A DNA stretch of 64,000 nucleotides from Felis catus (Eukaryota). Every line of letters starts with the position of its first letter. Positions within the stretch are counted from its first letter, which is position 1. The stretch lies in the NCBI RefSeq assembly GCF_018350175.1, contig NC_058369.1, forward strand, positions 25,856,001 through 25,920,000, read 5' to 3'. A program made the translations under genes and the position numbers. Below the pieces are notes generated by a model. The model was not told where the DNA came from. It ran no database searches and saw only the letters and a program-made list of their open reading frames with translations. Below, piece after piece: positions 1 to 13,200 of the stretch.

Positions 1-1049
1 AACTCCTAACAGACTACAGAAATAGATGACTTTCATAATATTATATCATTTTCTTTCACTGACTATATATGACATACTTAATTAAAGTGACTCAGCTATT
101 CCATCCCTTTGGAAATTTTCATCTGTAAGCAAGTCACTGTAGGGTACCTCAGTTTATGGTGGCAGTCATAATGAAGATGATTATTTATTTTTTTCCCTGC
201 GAGGGATAAGAATGAAAGTTGTATTTCAATACATTTATTCTTAGATCTTTAGAAGCTCTCCCCTTCTCTGCAGGGTTATAGCTGCAGTAGATAGCCCACT
301 ATAGGGGTCATTATTTCTGTGTTGGAGAACAAATTAGTTGAGTAACATTGTCAGGAAGCAAAAGGCAGGAGTTTGACTCCACAGTTATGGAATATAGTTT
401 GTTACTTAAAAACATATTAGAGGATTCCTCTTATTATAATAACTTTTGTTTATAAAACATATTTATGTAATTGCCATGACAGGAGAAAAGTGCTGTGTCT
501 TCTGATTTGATAGACAAAATCAGCTCAAGACAGCTTTGTGACTCACTGACAGAAGAGGGAAGAATTCTTCTTGCCTTAAGGATTGGATTTTATTTTAGGA
601 TGAGTTATTTGTCTAAGTACAGATATGAGAGAGTTCCTACCCTACATGTCAAGTCTCCTGTTCTATCTTCCCAGAAATTTGACGCAATGCCTCCTAACTC
701 CCAAATGTATACCTTTGTATCATCTGCTACTTGGGTCATGTTAATTACATAGTGTTTATATTTCTTCCTCTATGTTTTTCTGAATGTAAGAATTTGTGAG
801 TTTTTCCTTTAAACATTTTGAGCTAGAGTTTTAAACATTCGTTGGTTTGTTTCAGTTAAAAAAAAATCATTTCTTAATATAGAAGAGACTGGTAACATGT
901 CTGCTTCTGTGGAGGGAAATTAGGAAACTGTGGGATGTAGGGAAGACATTGTGCTTTCCACTGCATCACTCAACCTTTGGAACCCATTACATTTTTTTCC
1001 CCAAAATTTTAAACCTAATTTTATAGCATAGCATAAACACATTCACAAA

Positions 1050-2320
1050 GCTTTGTTTGTTTTATGGGTTTTAGCCCTTTTAAAGTTGAGACCACAAAAT
1101 CTCTTAAAGTTGACTATGAATGTTTCATTGAAGACATAATGATGAATTTACAGTCTTCCTTTAAATGACCCACTTAAACTTGATTCACTGATTCACACCA
1201 TAAACTTTAAAAGGTGGATTGTTGGTGTAGATTGATGGCTTAATTCTTCTAAAGTTAGTTCATAATCAACTGCTGCAAACTGGACCATATTCTCAATTTG
1301 TTTCTTCACTTCAACATCAATGTCCTTTAATTCTTCAACATTGGCTATATTGCTGTCTACTCTTCTATCTTTGAGAAGCATAATGAGGTCACTCTTCTTG
1401 TATTTCTTCTTGTGTATGATAACTGACTCTAGGATCACTCATACTGTGTCCTGGATATTGGTGAGTCTGCAGCTACATCAGCATGACCCCCTTCACAGAT
1501 CTATGATAGGCAGCTATGATCTTTGTTGCTTCCTGGACACATAGAACATACATTCCATCTGCTCTTAGCCCAGGAATAAAATTTTCTCTCTTGTAGTAAT
1601 CAGTGCTGGCTGTTGCTCTCTCAGCAGATGCTCCCATTCCACAGCAGTTATTCCCACAGATGAAAATAAAGGTTGATTTCCACAAAACTGTCATATTGTA
1701 ATTTTCAAATATAAAGTCAAGCAGAACTCATCTTTTCCATTGTATTTACAGGCCAGACCCATACCGGCTCCCAGGGGGACCTGAGCTCTGACAATGTCAT
1801 TGCCCCAGTAGCTAGCAGTTCTTGGCATACGTGTGCATTGACCCTTCTTTGTCTTTAGTACAGCCTTCTCTTTGTTCTGTAAACTCTACAAATTTCTGGG
1901 ACAGAAGGGCCACAAATAAAGCAAAAGCCCAGTAGGTTGAGATGAGATGATCCATGATATTTATCCAATCTCAAGTTCCACACAACCTTCTTGACACTTC
2001 ATGAGCGATAAAAACCACGAATAATATTCTGTTAATGCTCTTGGTGAAGAGTCTGATCATTCTCTGCTATTTGAGTCCCTCTTCCCTGATGAGCACTGTT
2101 ATGATAGGAGGGCCCTCTTCTAATCCATGAAGGTCACATTTCTTAATTTAAAATGTAGCATCATTTGCAAAGTTACAGGATATGTCTCTAGCAAGCACTC
2201 TCCTAGCTGTGATAGTCAGGAAATGGTGGGTATCTTTTTCTTAGAGCATCTTCCTCTTGAGTGCAGGCCCTGGTAATAGCTGCAGTGGTGGTGATGATGT
2301 CATTCTCTACACTGGGCCAT
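1050..2320 (-). pseudogene. Processed pseudogene of pyruvate dehydrogenase E1 alpha (PDHA1/PDHA2 family); CDS equivalent ~2258 to 1161
   Basis: Minus-strand fragments [38 protein letters not shown] and [35 protein letters not shown] match PDHA. It is intronless. The start codon has decayed (AAG AGG AAG ATG CTC at 2258), there is a premature TAA at 2150-2148, and there are frameshifts. The native stop equivalent is at 1163-1161. UTR limits are approximate. Confidence 0.93.
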
Positions 2321-2744
2321 AGGCCCACAAACATTTTATAAGACTGTATGATATTCATGAATGGGCTGTAATTTTCTTAACCATCCTTCCATTGTTATAG
2401 TTACCATTGCTTGGAAACTATTATAAATTTTGCTTTGCTGAATATCTTTATACGTAGATCTATCTTTATTCACATTTTTTTTTTATTACTTCTTTAGGCT
2501 GAATTTTCAGAAGTGAATCAAAAGTCACATTTTAAAAGCTCCCTTGGTATACCTTGGTAAACTGCTTTCCAGACAGTTTATTCTCCCATGATCAGCTTGT
2601 TAAAATGTTTCTTTTATGTCAGTCTTGGAAGCACGAAATATTTGTTATTTAAAATACTTCCTGCTACTTTTATTATTGACAAATTGAACCCCTTAAATTT
2701 TTATATTTCAAGGTCAATATGGGTGTGTGTATATTTATTCTTTT

Positions 2745-2961
2745 TTTTTTAGATTTTTTTTAATGGTTTTTTTTTTTTTTTTTTTTTTGAGAGAGAGCGC
2801 GTGCGTGTGAGAGCAAGTTGGGGAGGGGCAGAGAGAAAGGGCGACACAATCTGAAGCAGGCTCCAGGCTCTGGCTTGATGCTGGGTTCAAACTCAGGAAC
2901 CATAAGATCATGACCTGAGCCGAAATCAGACACTTAACCAACTGAGCTGCTCAGGCATCCC
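2745..2961 (-). mobile_element. Can-SINE
   Basis: Poly-T, GA stretch and tRNA-derived head in reverse; flanked by tatttattct repeats. Confidence 0.9.
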
Positions 2962-2994
2962 TGTATTTATTCTTCTTATCCTTCCTCTGTTCAG

Positions 2995-3425
2995 TGGCTT
3001 TTCAAAAACAGTCTTATTAACATATAATTTACACTCCATAAAATATTCCTATTGTACATGTCAGTTGTGTTTACTTGAAGTGAATGAGTTTTAGTAAATC
3101 TGTAGTTTGTTACCATCACCATAATCCAGCTGTAAAATATTCTCATCACCCAAAAAGTTTCCTTTTGCCCATTTGCATTCAGTCCTTTATCCCACACCTA
3201 GCTTTAGGCAACCACGGATCAGCTTTCTGTCTCTGTAAATTCGCATATTCTAGAAATAACAAATAAACAAAATCATATTCAATTCCTTTGTGAATGGCTT
3301 CTTTTGCTCAGCATTGCTTTTGAGGTTCATCTATCTTGTAAAATATATCATAGTTCATTTTTATTTATTTAAAAAATGTTTATTTTTGAGAAAAGGAGGG
3401 CGCATGCTCAAGTGAGTGAGGGAGG

Positions 3426-3467
<42 letters not shown>

Positions 3468-3750
3468 GAGACTGAGAATCCCTAGCCAGGTGAGGCACTC
3501 CAACTCAAGAACTGTGAGATCCTAACCTGAGCCGAAATCAAGAATCAGACACTTAACCAACTGAGCAACCCAGACGCTCTTTTATTGCCGATATATCTTA
3601 TTTGTTCAGTAATTGATAAACATTTGGTTTGTTTCCAACTTTTGGTTATTATAAACAAGGAACTATTGCTGCTAGGAACATTTGTGTACGTTTCTTTTTG
3701 TCTTTGATTTCTCTTGGGTAGATACCTGGGAGTACAGTTGCTTGAAACCC
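2995..3750 (-). mobile_element. Old L1 (L1MB-like) 3' fragment with a nested antisense Can-SINE (~3360-3580)
   Basis: Typical L1M 3'-end text (catataatttacac..., ggtagatacctgggagt) plus a SINE body with (GA)n. Confidence 0.75.
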
Positions 3751-5569
3751 ATTAAATTTCTTATCATTACTTAGCCACAAAAATGTTTCTTTAAAAGAAT
3801 AGATGATAGCACTAGATTTGAGAAGGAACACAGTTCTATGATGTAATAGTTAACGTGGAATGATTAGAGTAGGCAAGTGAAAAGTTCTAACACATAGTAT
3901 GACTAATAATGGAAACCACTTCAGGATTTATTGGTAGATGAGCAACTACCAGAACCTAAAACCAAGTGAAGGCAATTAAAATTAATGGGTATCTAAAAAA
4001 ACATTGAAAACTTTGATTCCATGAAAAATGTGAAAAATGGAAATGGGACTTCATTTGCATTTATTTTGACAGAAAAGTGAAAATATGTAACACATAAAAT
4101 GTCCTTCTTAACATAAAAGAAGGCCATCAAGACTTTTGTAGATAAACAGGCCAAAGATATAAGCAGTCAGTTCATTCAAGATCAATGTATACGGCAAGTA
4201 AACATTCCTTCTTGCTAGTGATCACAGAAATATTTAACAAGTTGGTTATATTAAATTAGCAAAATTGATAGCGCTGGATAGAAAGATTGTGTTAGTGATG
4301 TTGCTTTGTATGTTGATCTAGTTCATGTACAAAGCAATGTGGCAAAGCCTATCCAGATCCTCGGAATAGTAGATTCGGAAGTAACTTTTATTTTAGCTTT
4401 CTTGAATGTAATTTAAAAAATTTTAATAGTAAATTATTAAGGGAGGGCATACATCAGAAGATAAGAAAACAGTACAGATTTTCCCCATGTGCTGAAGGTG
4501 AGTCTGGTTGTGCTATCCTCTCCACTCTGTCTCTGTGACTCATTCAAACTCTGGAGGCACTAACTCAACGCAGCTTTTTTTCTTTCCAGCCAGAGAACAC
4601 ATGTTTGTTCTTCTGTAGCCTGAATCTTGCTTTTACAGCTTTGGCTAAATCCTGGATCCAGTTGTTCTTTAATCCAATGACTCACACCTTAGGAGTTACC
4701 CATCCCACTCCACGAAAATGCTATTAACTTTCTCATTTGGAATAAATAATTCTGTCATATTCTGTCTACAATTTATATCAGTAAATTTGCTTTAGACACT
4801 CACAGGAGAATATGCTTCCTATTGATTTTTTTTTTTAAAGTTCTTTGTGGAGTTCTTCTGTATGGGTGGGACCAAACACTTGTGTCACTCCCAGTTAGTA
4901 CACTTACAGTACAGTCATCCAACAGTAAGTGATTTTTTAGTTTGACAAATTGTCTGCCAAAAAGTGATAAAGTAGAACATTCATTGAATCAAGAAATGGA
5001 ACTTGATCCTTGCTTTATTTATTTTCCCCCTGCGCCTTTCAAGTTATCTTTTTTCTTCTAACTTCAGAAATTCTTTCCGTTTCTGATAAACTTTTATTGG
5101 ATTGATATTTCCCCCTAATTATTAACATTACGGATTTTTACATTATCATACTTGTTATACAAGGCTGTAAGATTTTAATTGTTAGTTGAGCTTATGTGAA
5201 GTCATAGGTAATGTGTAACAAGAAGTTAGGAATGATAAAAGGCAAAAAAATTCTTATTCATTTTATTATGCTTGCCAGCAACTTTTGGTTTATTAAGAAT
5301 TATATTATCAATTTCCTTTACATAGAGCAACCATAAATACTCTTCTACTAAAACTGTAAATAATCTTTTCCTATAGGTAGTAGTGTAACTGTATCTGGTC
5401 CCTTTAGGTATTTCTACTCAAATTGGCTTAACTACTTAAGGATCTCAGGAAGGGATGGCACTGTAGGTCCTATTAGTTTTTGATTAATTAATGCAACAGA
5501 ATCGGAAAGTCCAGTCAGTTAGGTGACTTGACTTATTTTGAGCTCTGATTTCTGCCAGCTTATTCAGAT

Positions 5570-6500
5570 CACTTACTGTGTCTCTTTTTTACACTGGGAG
5601 AGGTATTGTTAGCCCTTGGCCATTTCCCTGGCATCTTGGATGTTTCTTTTCCTGATTTTCATATACCTGATTATCCTATCTGGTGTTCCTTCAAGCATTT
5701 TCTCCATTAATTTCTCCTTAAATGCTAGTGTTTCTAAAAGTTCAGTCATTGTTTTCCCTGTGATTGTTACTTTTGGATCATTTCATACATCACAATATTA
5801 GTAACCACTCAAATGCTGATACCTTTCAGATATCTTGAGCCCTAAGTTCCAACTTTTCTGTCCTCTGCCTGCTGACATTTACTCACTTGGATGTCCTATA
5901 GAGACTCCAAAAGCAATATACTCCAAACTGAAATGAATCATTCACTCACCACCCCCCTCCAATATTTCCAAATATAGATAATGGCATTATCATCCAGTAG
6001 CCCACGCTAGAAACTGCTTTCTTCAACACTGAACACATAGGATCAATCACTAAACCCCTTTCACTACTAACTAAGATCCTAGTTTAGAATCTTATTATTT
6101 CTTTATTTTAGTACCCTCATAACTGGTCTTTCTGCCTTCAATCTAGTACGCCTCAAACAATGTCAGTTTGATCTCAGTACTTTCCTGCCTAAACCCTGTA
6201 GTGGCAAGTGCCCTGTCATCTATATGATAAAGGTTGTACTGCTTGACATGTCTTAAAAGGCTTGGTGACTTCTTACTTCTTGAGCCTCAGTGCTATACTT
6301 CACATGCCAGACCTTCTCCTCAGTCTCCCCCTACTGCCGCCCCCCATGTTGTTTCTTACCTCTGTTTGCTCATTCTGTTTAAATCCCTTCTCCACTCATC
6401 TTGACTCTTACTCAGCCTTCATGATTCAGCATAGACAGTTCCTTTAAGAAGTCATTTTTGAATCTTCAGGGTGCCCTTCTAAGTGCCCTTCTTCTCTACT
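5570..6500 (+). mobile_element. L2 fragment (ancient)
   Basis: C/T-rich L2-like motifs (cacttggatgtcc...ccaaactgaa; aactggtcttt). Boundaries approximate. Confidence 0.55.
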
Positions 6501-6810
6501 GGATTATTCTTATTCGTATATAAAAATGTTTTTTCTTTTAAAAAAACTATCTTGACTTCACTTTCCCTTCCAGCTATTGCTCATCTTTTTTGATAGAAAT
6601 TTTTTTATTGAGGTATAATTGATATACAACATTACATGAGTTTGATATATAATGTTGGTATACAACATTATATGAGTTTCAGGTATACAACATAATGATC
6701 CACTATTTGTATATATTGTAAGATGATCATCATAAGTCTAGTTAACATCCATCACCATACATAGTTACAGAATTTTTTTCTTCTGTTGAGAACTTTTAAG
6801 GTCTACTCTT

Positions 6811-7039
6811 TTTTTTTTTTTTTTAATTTTTTTTTTCAACATTTATTTATTTTTGGGACAGAGAGAGACAGAGCATGAACGGGGGAGGGGCAGAGAGAGA
6901 GGGAGACACAGAATTGGAAACAGGCTCCAGGCTCTGAGCCATCAGCCCAGAGCCCGACGCGGGGCTCGAACTCACGGACCGCGAGATTGTGACCTGGCTG
7001 AAGTCGGACGCTTAACCGACTGCGCCACCCAGGCGCCCC
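6811..7039 (-). mobile_element. Young felid SINEC_Fc-like element
   Basis: CpG-rich, with a perfect 13-bp TSD aaggtctactctt (6798-6810, 7040-7052). Confidence 0.95.
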
Positions 7040-7382
7040 AAGGTCTACTCTTATAGCAACTTTCATATATGCAGTACAGTAATATAAACTATAGTCACCA
7101 TGCTATACATTACATCCCTGTACTATAACTAGAATTTTGTACCTTTTGACACCCTTCACCCATTTCTTCTTACCCTCACCCCCTGACTTTAGCAACTACC
7201 AGTCTGTTCTCTGTATTTATGAGCTTGTTTTTTTGTTTATTTTTAGATCCCACATGTAAGTGAAATCATACAGTATTTGCCTTTCTCTCTCTCAATTTCA
7301 GTTAGCATAATGCCCTCAAGGTCAATCTATGTTGTCACAAATGGCAAGATTTCATTTTTTTAATGGCTAAATAATATTCCAT

Positions 7383-7383
<1 letters not shown>

Positions 7384-7426
<43 letters not shown>
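7384..7426. repeat. (GT)n microsatellite
   Basis: About 21 perfect GT units. Confidence 0.95.
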
Positions 7427-7429
<3 letters not shown>

Positions 7430-7999
7430 TTATCCATTCATCCATCAGTGAACATTTAGGTTGTCTCCATACCTTGGCTATTGTAAATAATGCTGCAGTA
7501 AACATGAGGGTGCATATATCTTCTTGAGTTAATGTTTTCATTTTCCTCAGGTAAATACTCAGAAGTGGAATTGCTAGATCTTATGATAGTTGTATTTTTT
7601 TTAACCTCCGTATCATTTTATGTAGTGGCTGAACCCATTCACATTCCCACCAACAGTGTACAAAGAGTCTGTTTACTTGACATCGTTGCCAACACTTGTT
7701 ATTTCTTATCTTTTTGGTAATAGTCATTCCACCAGGTGTGAGGTGATATCTCATTGTGGTTTTGATTTATATTTCCTTCATGATTAATGATGTTGAACAT
7801 TTTCTCATGTACCTGTTAGACATCTGTATGTCTTCTTTGGAAAAGTGTCTATTGTGATCCTCTGCCCATTTTTAAATCAGATTGGTTTTTTGTTTTTGTT
7901 TTTGTCTTGTGTTGGATGAGTTCTTTATGTATTTTGGATATTTACCCCTTAATAGATTAATGATTTGCAGGTGTTTTCTCTCATTCAGTAGGTTGGTTT

Positions 8000-8810
8000 T
8001 CTTGGCTGTGCATGCACATTTCTTTGCTTCCCTTTAGAGCAAAACTTCTTAAAAGATTTGTCTATAGGTGTGGTTTCTCATTCCTCTTCATTCATTTTCT
8101 CTTGAATCATTCCAGTCAAGCTTTCATTTGCTGCTATATCTATACAGTTCTTGTCAAGGTCATCAGTGGCTTCCAAGTTGCTTTTCCAGTGGTCTATTTT
8201 TGTTTTTTATCTTACTTGATTTTTCAGCATCATTTGACGTAGTTGATTTCTCCCATATTCTTGGAAAACATCATTCCCGTAACTTTTGGGACATATCACT
8301 TTCCCTTGGTTCTTCTCATACTTCACTGGCCACATTTTAAATTTCTTTTGCTTGGTCTTTTTCTCCCTGACCTGTAAATTTTGGACTGCTCCAAGGCTCT
8401 GTCCTTGGTCTTCCTGTCTGTCTGTACTTGCTGTCTTGGTGATTTCATCCCATCTCTTGATTTCACATTCTTTGTATGTGGTTGGTGACAACCAAATTTT
8501 TATGTCAAGCCCAGACTTCTTTCCTGAACTCTGAGTTCTTATCCAACTGCTTTTTTTGACATTTCCACATGATGTCTAACAGCTCCCTCAAATTTAATAT
8601 GTCCAAAGCCAAACTGCTAACCCCTCCCTCAACCTCAATAAAAGATTAAAAAAAAAACAAAAACAAAACCTTACCTCCTTTAACCCTCCCAGCTCACACA
8701 GACACAACTACATCCTTCTAAATTGCTTAGGTTAAAAACTTTGGTATTGTTCTTGACTCCTTTCTTTCATGTTGATTCATACAGATTCATACATCCAATC
8801 TGTCAGGAAA
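8000..8810 (+). mobile_element. L2 fragment
   Basis: L2-like motifs (cttacttgatttttcagcatcatttgac; aaatttaatatgtccaaagcc). Confidence 0.65.
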
Positions 8811-9249
8811 TCTTGTGTTGTATAAATTACATTTCCTGTGTGTGCTGTGTTGTGTAAAGGTTAATCTTATGCTTTTTCAGTTTTACAACTGTTTTAAGGG
8901 CAAGAATCCTGAAGACCGTGGTTATACCAAATCTCTTAGTTTGAATTACCTCAGGTAAAGAATTCTGGTGGGTTGTTGAAGCTATTCCGTTCAGAATTGA
9001 ATCTTATAATCTGAAAGAACAAAAAGGAAGTGAGCTGTGAAAACTCTTAAGTACAGTTCAAAAGTCAGTGATTTTACATCTGAAGTCTGTTGTTCACATG
9101 TGCAAGATGATGACTAGCCCTTTTGAATTTATTGGACTTCTTTCCTCTTTGATTTCCCTTGATGTTTACCTCTTTTTTTCCTAGCAGATTCTGCTTTTGT
9201 ATGTCATGCAATTGAGTGTGTATCCCTCTTTTGCTTTTTTTTCTTTTTT

Positions 9250-9550
9250 TGTCTCTTTTTTTTTTTAATTTTTTTTTAACATTTATTTATTTTTGAGACA
9301 GAGAGAGACAGAGCATGAATGGGGGAGGGTCAGAGAGAGGGAGACACCGAATCTGAAACAGGCTCCAGGCTCTGAGCTGTCAGCACAGAGCCCGACGCGG
9401 GGCTCGAACTCACGGACAGCGAGATCATGACCTGAGCTGAAGTCGGCCGCTTAACCGACTGAGCCACCCAGGTGCCCCTTTTGCTTTTTTTTCTTTTTAT
9501 CTTCCTTTCGCTCTCTTCCTCTAAATTTTTAAAAAATATTTACTTATTTT

Positions 9551-9588
<38 letters not shown>

Positions 9589-10025
9589 GTGCGAGCAGGG
9601 GAGAGGCAGAGAAAGGGGAGAGGCAGAGCCCAACGTGGGGCTCGAACCCACGAACCATGAGATCATGACCTGAGCCGAAGTTGGACCTTAACCAATTGAG
9701 CCGTCCAGGTGCCCCTTGCTCTCTTCCTCTAAATGACTAGAATGTGGAATTGAAAATTTGCTAGGCTTATTGAATAAAATATTCTCTTTTAATTTTAAAG
9801 TATTTAAGATTTCTTTTTTTAAAAAATGCTTATTTTTGAGAGAGAGCATGCTAGTGTGAGCAGGGAGAGAGACAGAGAGAGACAGAGAGAGAGACAGACC
9901 CAAGTAGGCTCCACACGTGTCAGCACAGAGCCCAATGTGCACGGCCCCATCCCACGTCCATGAGATCATGACCTGAGCCGAAATCAAGAGTTGGTTGCTT
10001 AACCAACCGAGCCACCCAGGCACCC
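9250..10025 (-). mobile_element. Cluster of three antisense Can-SINEs (~9250-9478, ~9530-9715, ~9815-10025)
   Basis: Three successive SINE bodies, each ending in ...caggtgcccc or ...caggcacccc. Confidence 0.92.
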
Positions 10026-10424
10026 CGATTTAAGATATTTTTTGGTGGAGATAAGCACGGTGAACATTTTGTATACATTCTTTCAGATTTTTGTTTTCTA
10101 ATGGTATATTAGCATATATATCATTCTTTCTGTGAAAAGGGACTACTGTATATCTTGATATATTTTAATTTCAGTACCAATAACTCTACCTCATTATTTT
10201 TTATGATTGTGATATTGTGATTGTGATGTCTGATATATCATCAGATACACGTATGTAGTTTGGTTTGGCATTATCTGTCTCCAGTTTTTAACTTCTGTTA
10301 GCCTTGCTTAGTGAACATGCTTATGCATTTGCCGTTGCACATGTGTGTGAATATTTCAGTGTTTCTATAGGTTAGATTTCTGGATGTGGAATTAGTCAAA
10401 GAGTATAAGCATTAAAAATCTTTG

Positions 10425-10662
10425 TGGTGCCTGGGTGGCTCAGTCAGTTAAGCATCTGACTCTTGATTTCAGCTCAGGTCATGATTTCATGGTTGGTGAG
10501 ATTGAGCCCTGTGTCAGGCTCTGTATTGACAGCAGGAAGCCTGCTTGGGATTCTCTCTCTCTCTCCGCCCCCCCCCCCCTTCTCTCCCACTCCCCTGCTC
10601 ATGCACGCACATGCTTTGTCCCCCTGTCTCTCTCTCAAAAATAAACAACCATTAAAAAAAAA
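10425..10662 (+). mobile_element. Can-SINE
   Basis: ggtgcctgggtggctcagtcagttaag head, CT stretch, A tail. Confidence 0.9.
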
Positions 10663-12996
10663 GCTTCATAGGTATTGCTGAATCATTTTCCAAAAAGGTT
10701 GTAGCACTTTATATTCTCATCCCCAGTATATGAGAGTGCAATTTCTCCACATTCTTGCCAGAACCAGGTATCAAACTATTTTTAATTTTTGTCAAACTGA
10801 TATTGACCACTTTGCTAATTGCCCATCTTCCTGAGCTTTTAGGTCTCTTGAGAGTTTCAGAATTAGAGGCTTATTTACTCCTTCACATACATTTCACTCT
10901 CTTTCCCTTTAAACAGAAAATTCAAATAGTATAGGAGGGTGTAATGCAGTAAACTCTGTCTCTGCCCTGATAGTTTAAAGGGTGTCCAAGTGGCATTTTG
11001 AGTTTTGAACTGAGTGAGTTATGGCGTTCTGTTTGCATTATTCTCTTGACTGGGTTTCCAGACCTGTCACTCAGGGCCAGGAGTATAGTAGGACTCTTGT
11101 TTAGAAATGGAATTATGACATCACTGAATATCTCATGGCTTAGTTTATTCATAAGTTGGCTCATAATGTTAAATGAACTGTAGATTGCTAATCTATGTAA
11201 TACTTTCTAAGTGTATTTATGTATACTTGAGAGCAGTACTTTCCTTTTGATTTAACTTTGATTTGGGAATCCCTGGTCCGTATTGTGATATGTATTTTAT
11301 ATTTTTCATGAAAAGTTTTTAGTTGTGCTGTGAGACAAAGGTTTAGCTGCTTTTGTTCTGTGCACAGGTTGTGGTTATTTATGGTAATATTCACGTGTAT
11401 TGGGGGCGGTGACATACTATTTTTAACACTGTGTTAGAGTTCAGCTGTTACTGATCTATTTATATCTCTATCAGCTGTTTACTATTTAATTAATCAGCAG
11501 AGGACTTTATTTTTAAGAACTTTAACCAATAAAGGAAAATCTTGTATCAGTTCCTTTGAAGAAAGTCAGTGATTACATATTTATGCATATTCTATGGATT
11601 TAATAATAGCTTCCATTTTTTTATTATTTATAACTTGTAAGAATTTAATGTGATATATTATTCTATAAGTATCAGAACTAATCTAGCTGGTTGACAGTGT
11701 TTTACATATATATGTGTGTATATGGATGTAGATATATGCTGCCATTTGTTTAGTATTCACAAATATTTTGCTTAGTACTTTACATGCTTAGCATAATTTA
11801 ACCTTTACAACAAACACTCTGAGCTAGGTACTGATATTATTCTCAACTTATAAATAGCAATTTATAAGTATCTTTATAACTAAAGGGTGGCTCAAAGAGG
11901 TTAAGTAACACTAAGTAATACTCAAGGTCACACAGTAAGTTAGAAGGTGATAGAGCTGGAATTCAAACCTTAATGTATACTCTGTTTTATATAGCATGTT
12001 GTTATTTGGATGTAATACAGTTTGGCCTATCCTATGTTAAAACGAAACTTTTAGTTTCCATTGTAGAGTATGAATCACTTATATTTTGTTCTACATTAAA
12101 AAAAATCATTTGTGACTTGTGCCTATTGGAACTTCCTAAGAGGCAATGAATGCTATAGATTAGAAAAGATAGAATAATAGTGCTGTTCCAAGCATGTTTT
12201 GGACATCAAGGTTTGGGAGTTAACTTAGAATAAAGCCTTGAGTCTCTGATTTAGGTGTTTACTTAGTGAGAAATGTTATCTGAGAAATAAATCTTACTTG
12301 TTAAAGTGTTTAAACTGGGCTTCGGAAAGAAAAGAATGCTTTTAACAAGTAAAGAGTGTGGGTGGGTGGAAGCAAGGGTCCAAGAACAGCATAACCAAAC
12401 ACATGGATGCCTGGGGCTTATGTAGGGAATTGCTAGTAAAGCAAGGCTGGGATGGATGATAGTTTTTAGGAAAAATGGTAAATCAGGTTAGGGTGATTGG
12501 TGTCATTTTTAAAGTTATCACAGCTCTTGGATTTGATTTTTGAAGACAATAGAGGGACAAAAGCCCTTTTATAAAGGGAGACAAAGTGATCAAGTTTGCA
12601 TTTTTAGGAAATAACTTTAGCATCAGTGTGAAGGGTGGAGAATATGGAATCATAGTCCTCATCTTGACAACGATTATGGACCTGGGTTAGAAGGACGGTA
12701 ATGGGAAGGGAAAGGCAGGGTGGAATTGAGAGATTGTTCTGAATCTGAATCATAATTCATAGGAATTGGTGACATAATGGATGTCTTATGGGGTTATTGG
12801 TATTACTTATTACTAATAGTATTTATTATTACTACTGTTTTGCATTTGTTCTAATTGGCTTCTCATAGTCATATTTATTGTATTATTAGTAGGCTGATGG
12901 TTGAATTCTTGACCAGAGGTGTTCAGGAAATGGTGGGGGAATGATGCGTTATAAATGTTACACTCAATGAAATATTTATTTAAAATCCTATTTGGT

Positions 12997-13200
12997 GGGG
13001 TGCCTGGATGGCTCAGTTGGTTAAATGTCTAACTCTTGATTTCAGCTCAAGTCATGATCTCACAGTCTGAGATTGAGCCCCATGTTGGGCTCTGTGTTGG
13101 GCATGGAGCCTGTTTAAGATTCTCTCCCTCTCTCTCTCAAAAATGAAATGAAATGAAATGAAATGAAATGAAATGAAATAAAATAAAATAAAATAAAATA
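12997..13200 (+). mobile_element. Can-SINE with an (AAATG)n/(AAAAT)n tail
   Basis: SINE head, pentamer-repeat tail, and imperfect TSD taaaatcctatttggt / taaaatactctttggt. Confidence 0.9.

Larger units (their letters stand above)
6600..7990 (-). mobile_element. L1 3' end (L1MA/carnivore type) containing a young SINE and a (GT)n tract
   Basis: ORF 7335..7541 (DICTLMFTAALFTIAKVWRQPKCS) is the L1 ORF2 C-terminus; the poly-T tail remnant is at ~6600. Confidence 0.88.

Noticed and set aside
6620..6695. Tandem tatacaacatta...gagttt duplication
   Set aside because: A small local duplication inside an L1 3' end with no functional signal.
9598..9628. ggggagaggcagag repeated twice in a shortened SINE
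   Set aside because: An ordinary deletion/duplication within a SINE copy.
10205..10250. ttgtga repeats and a tctgat..atcaga hairpin
   Set aside because: Too short; lies in decayed L1-like AT-rich sequence.
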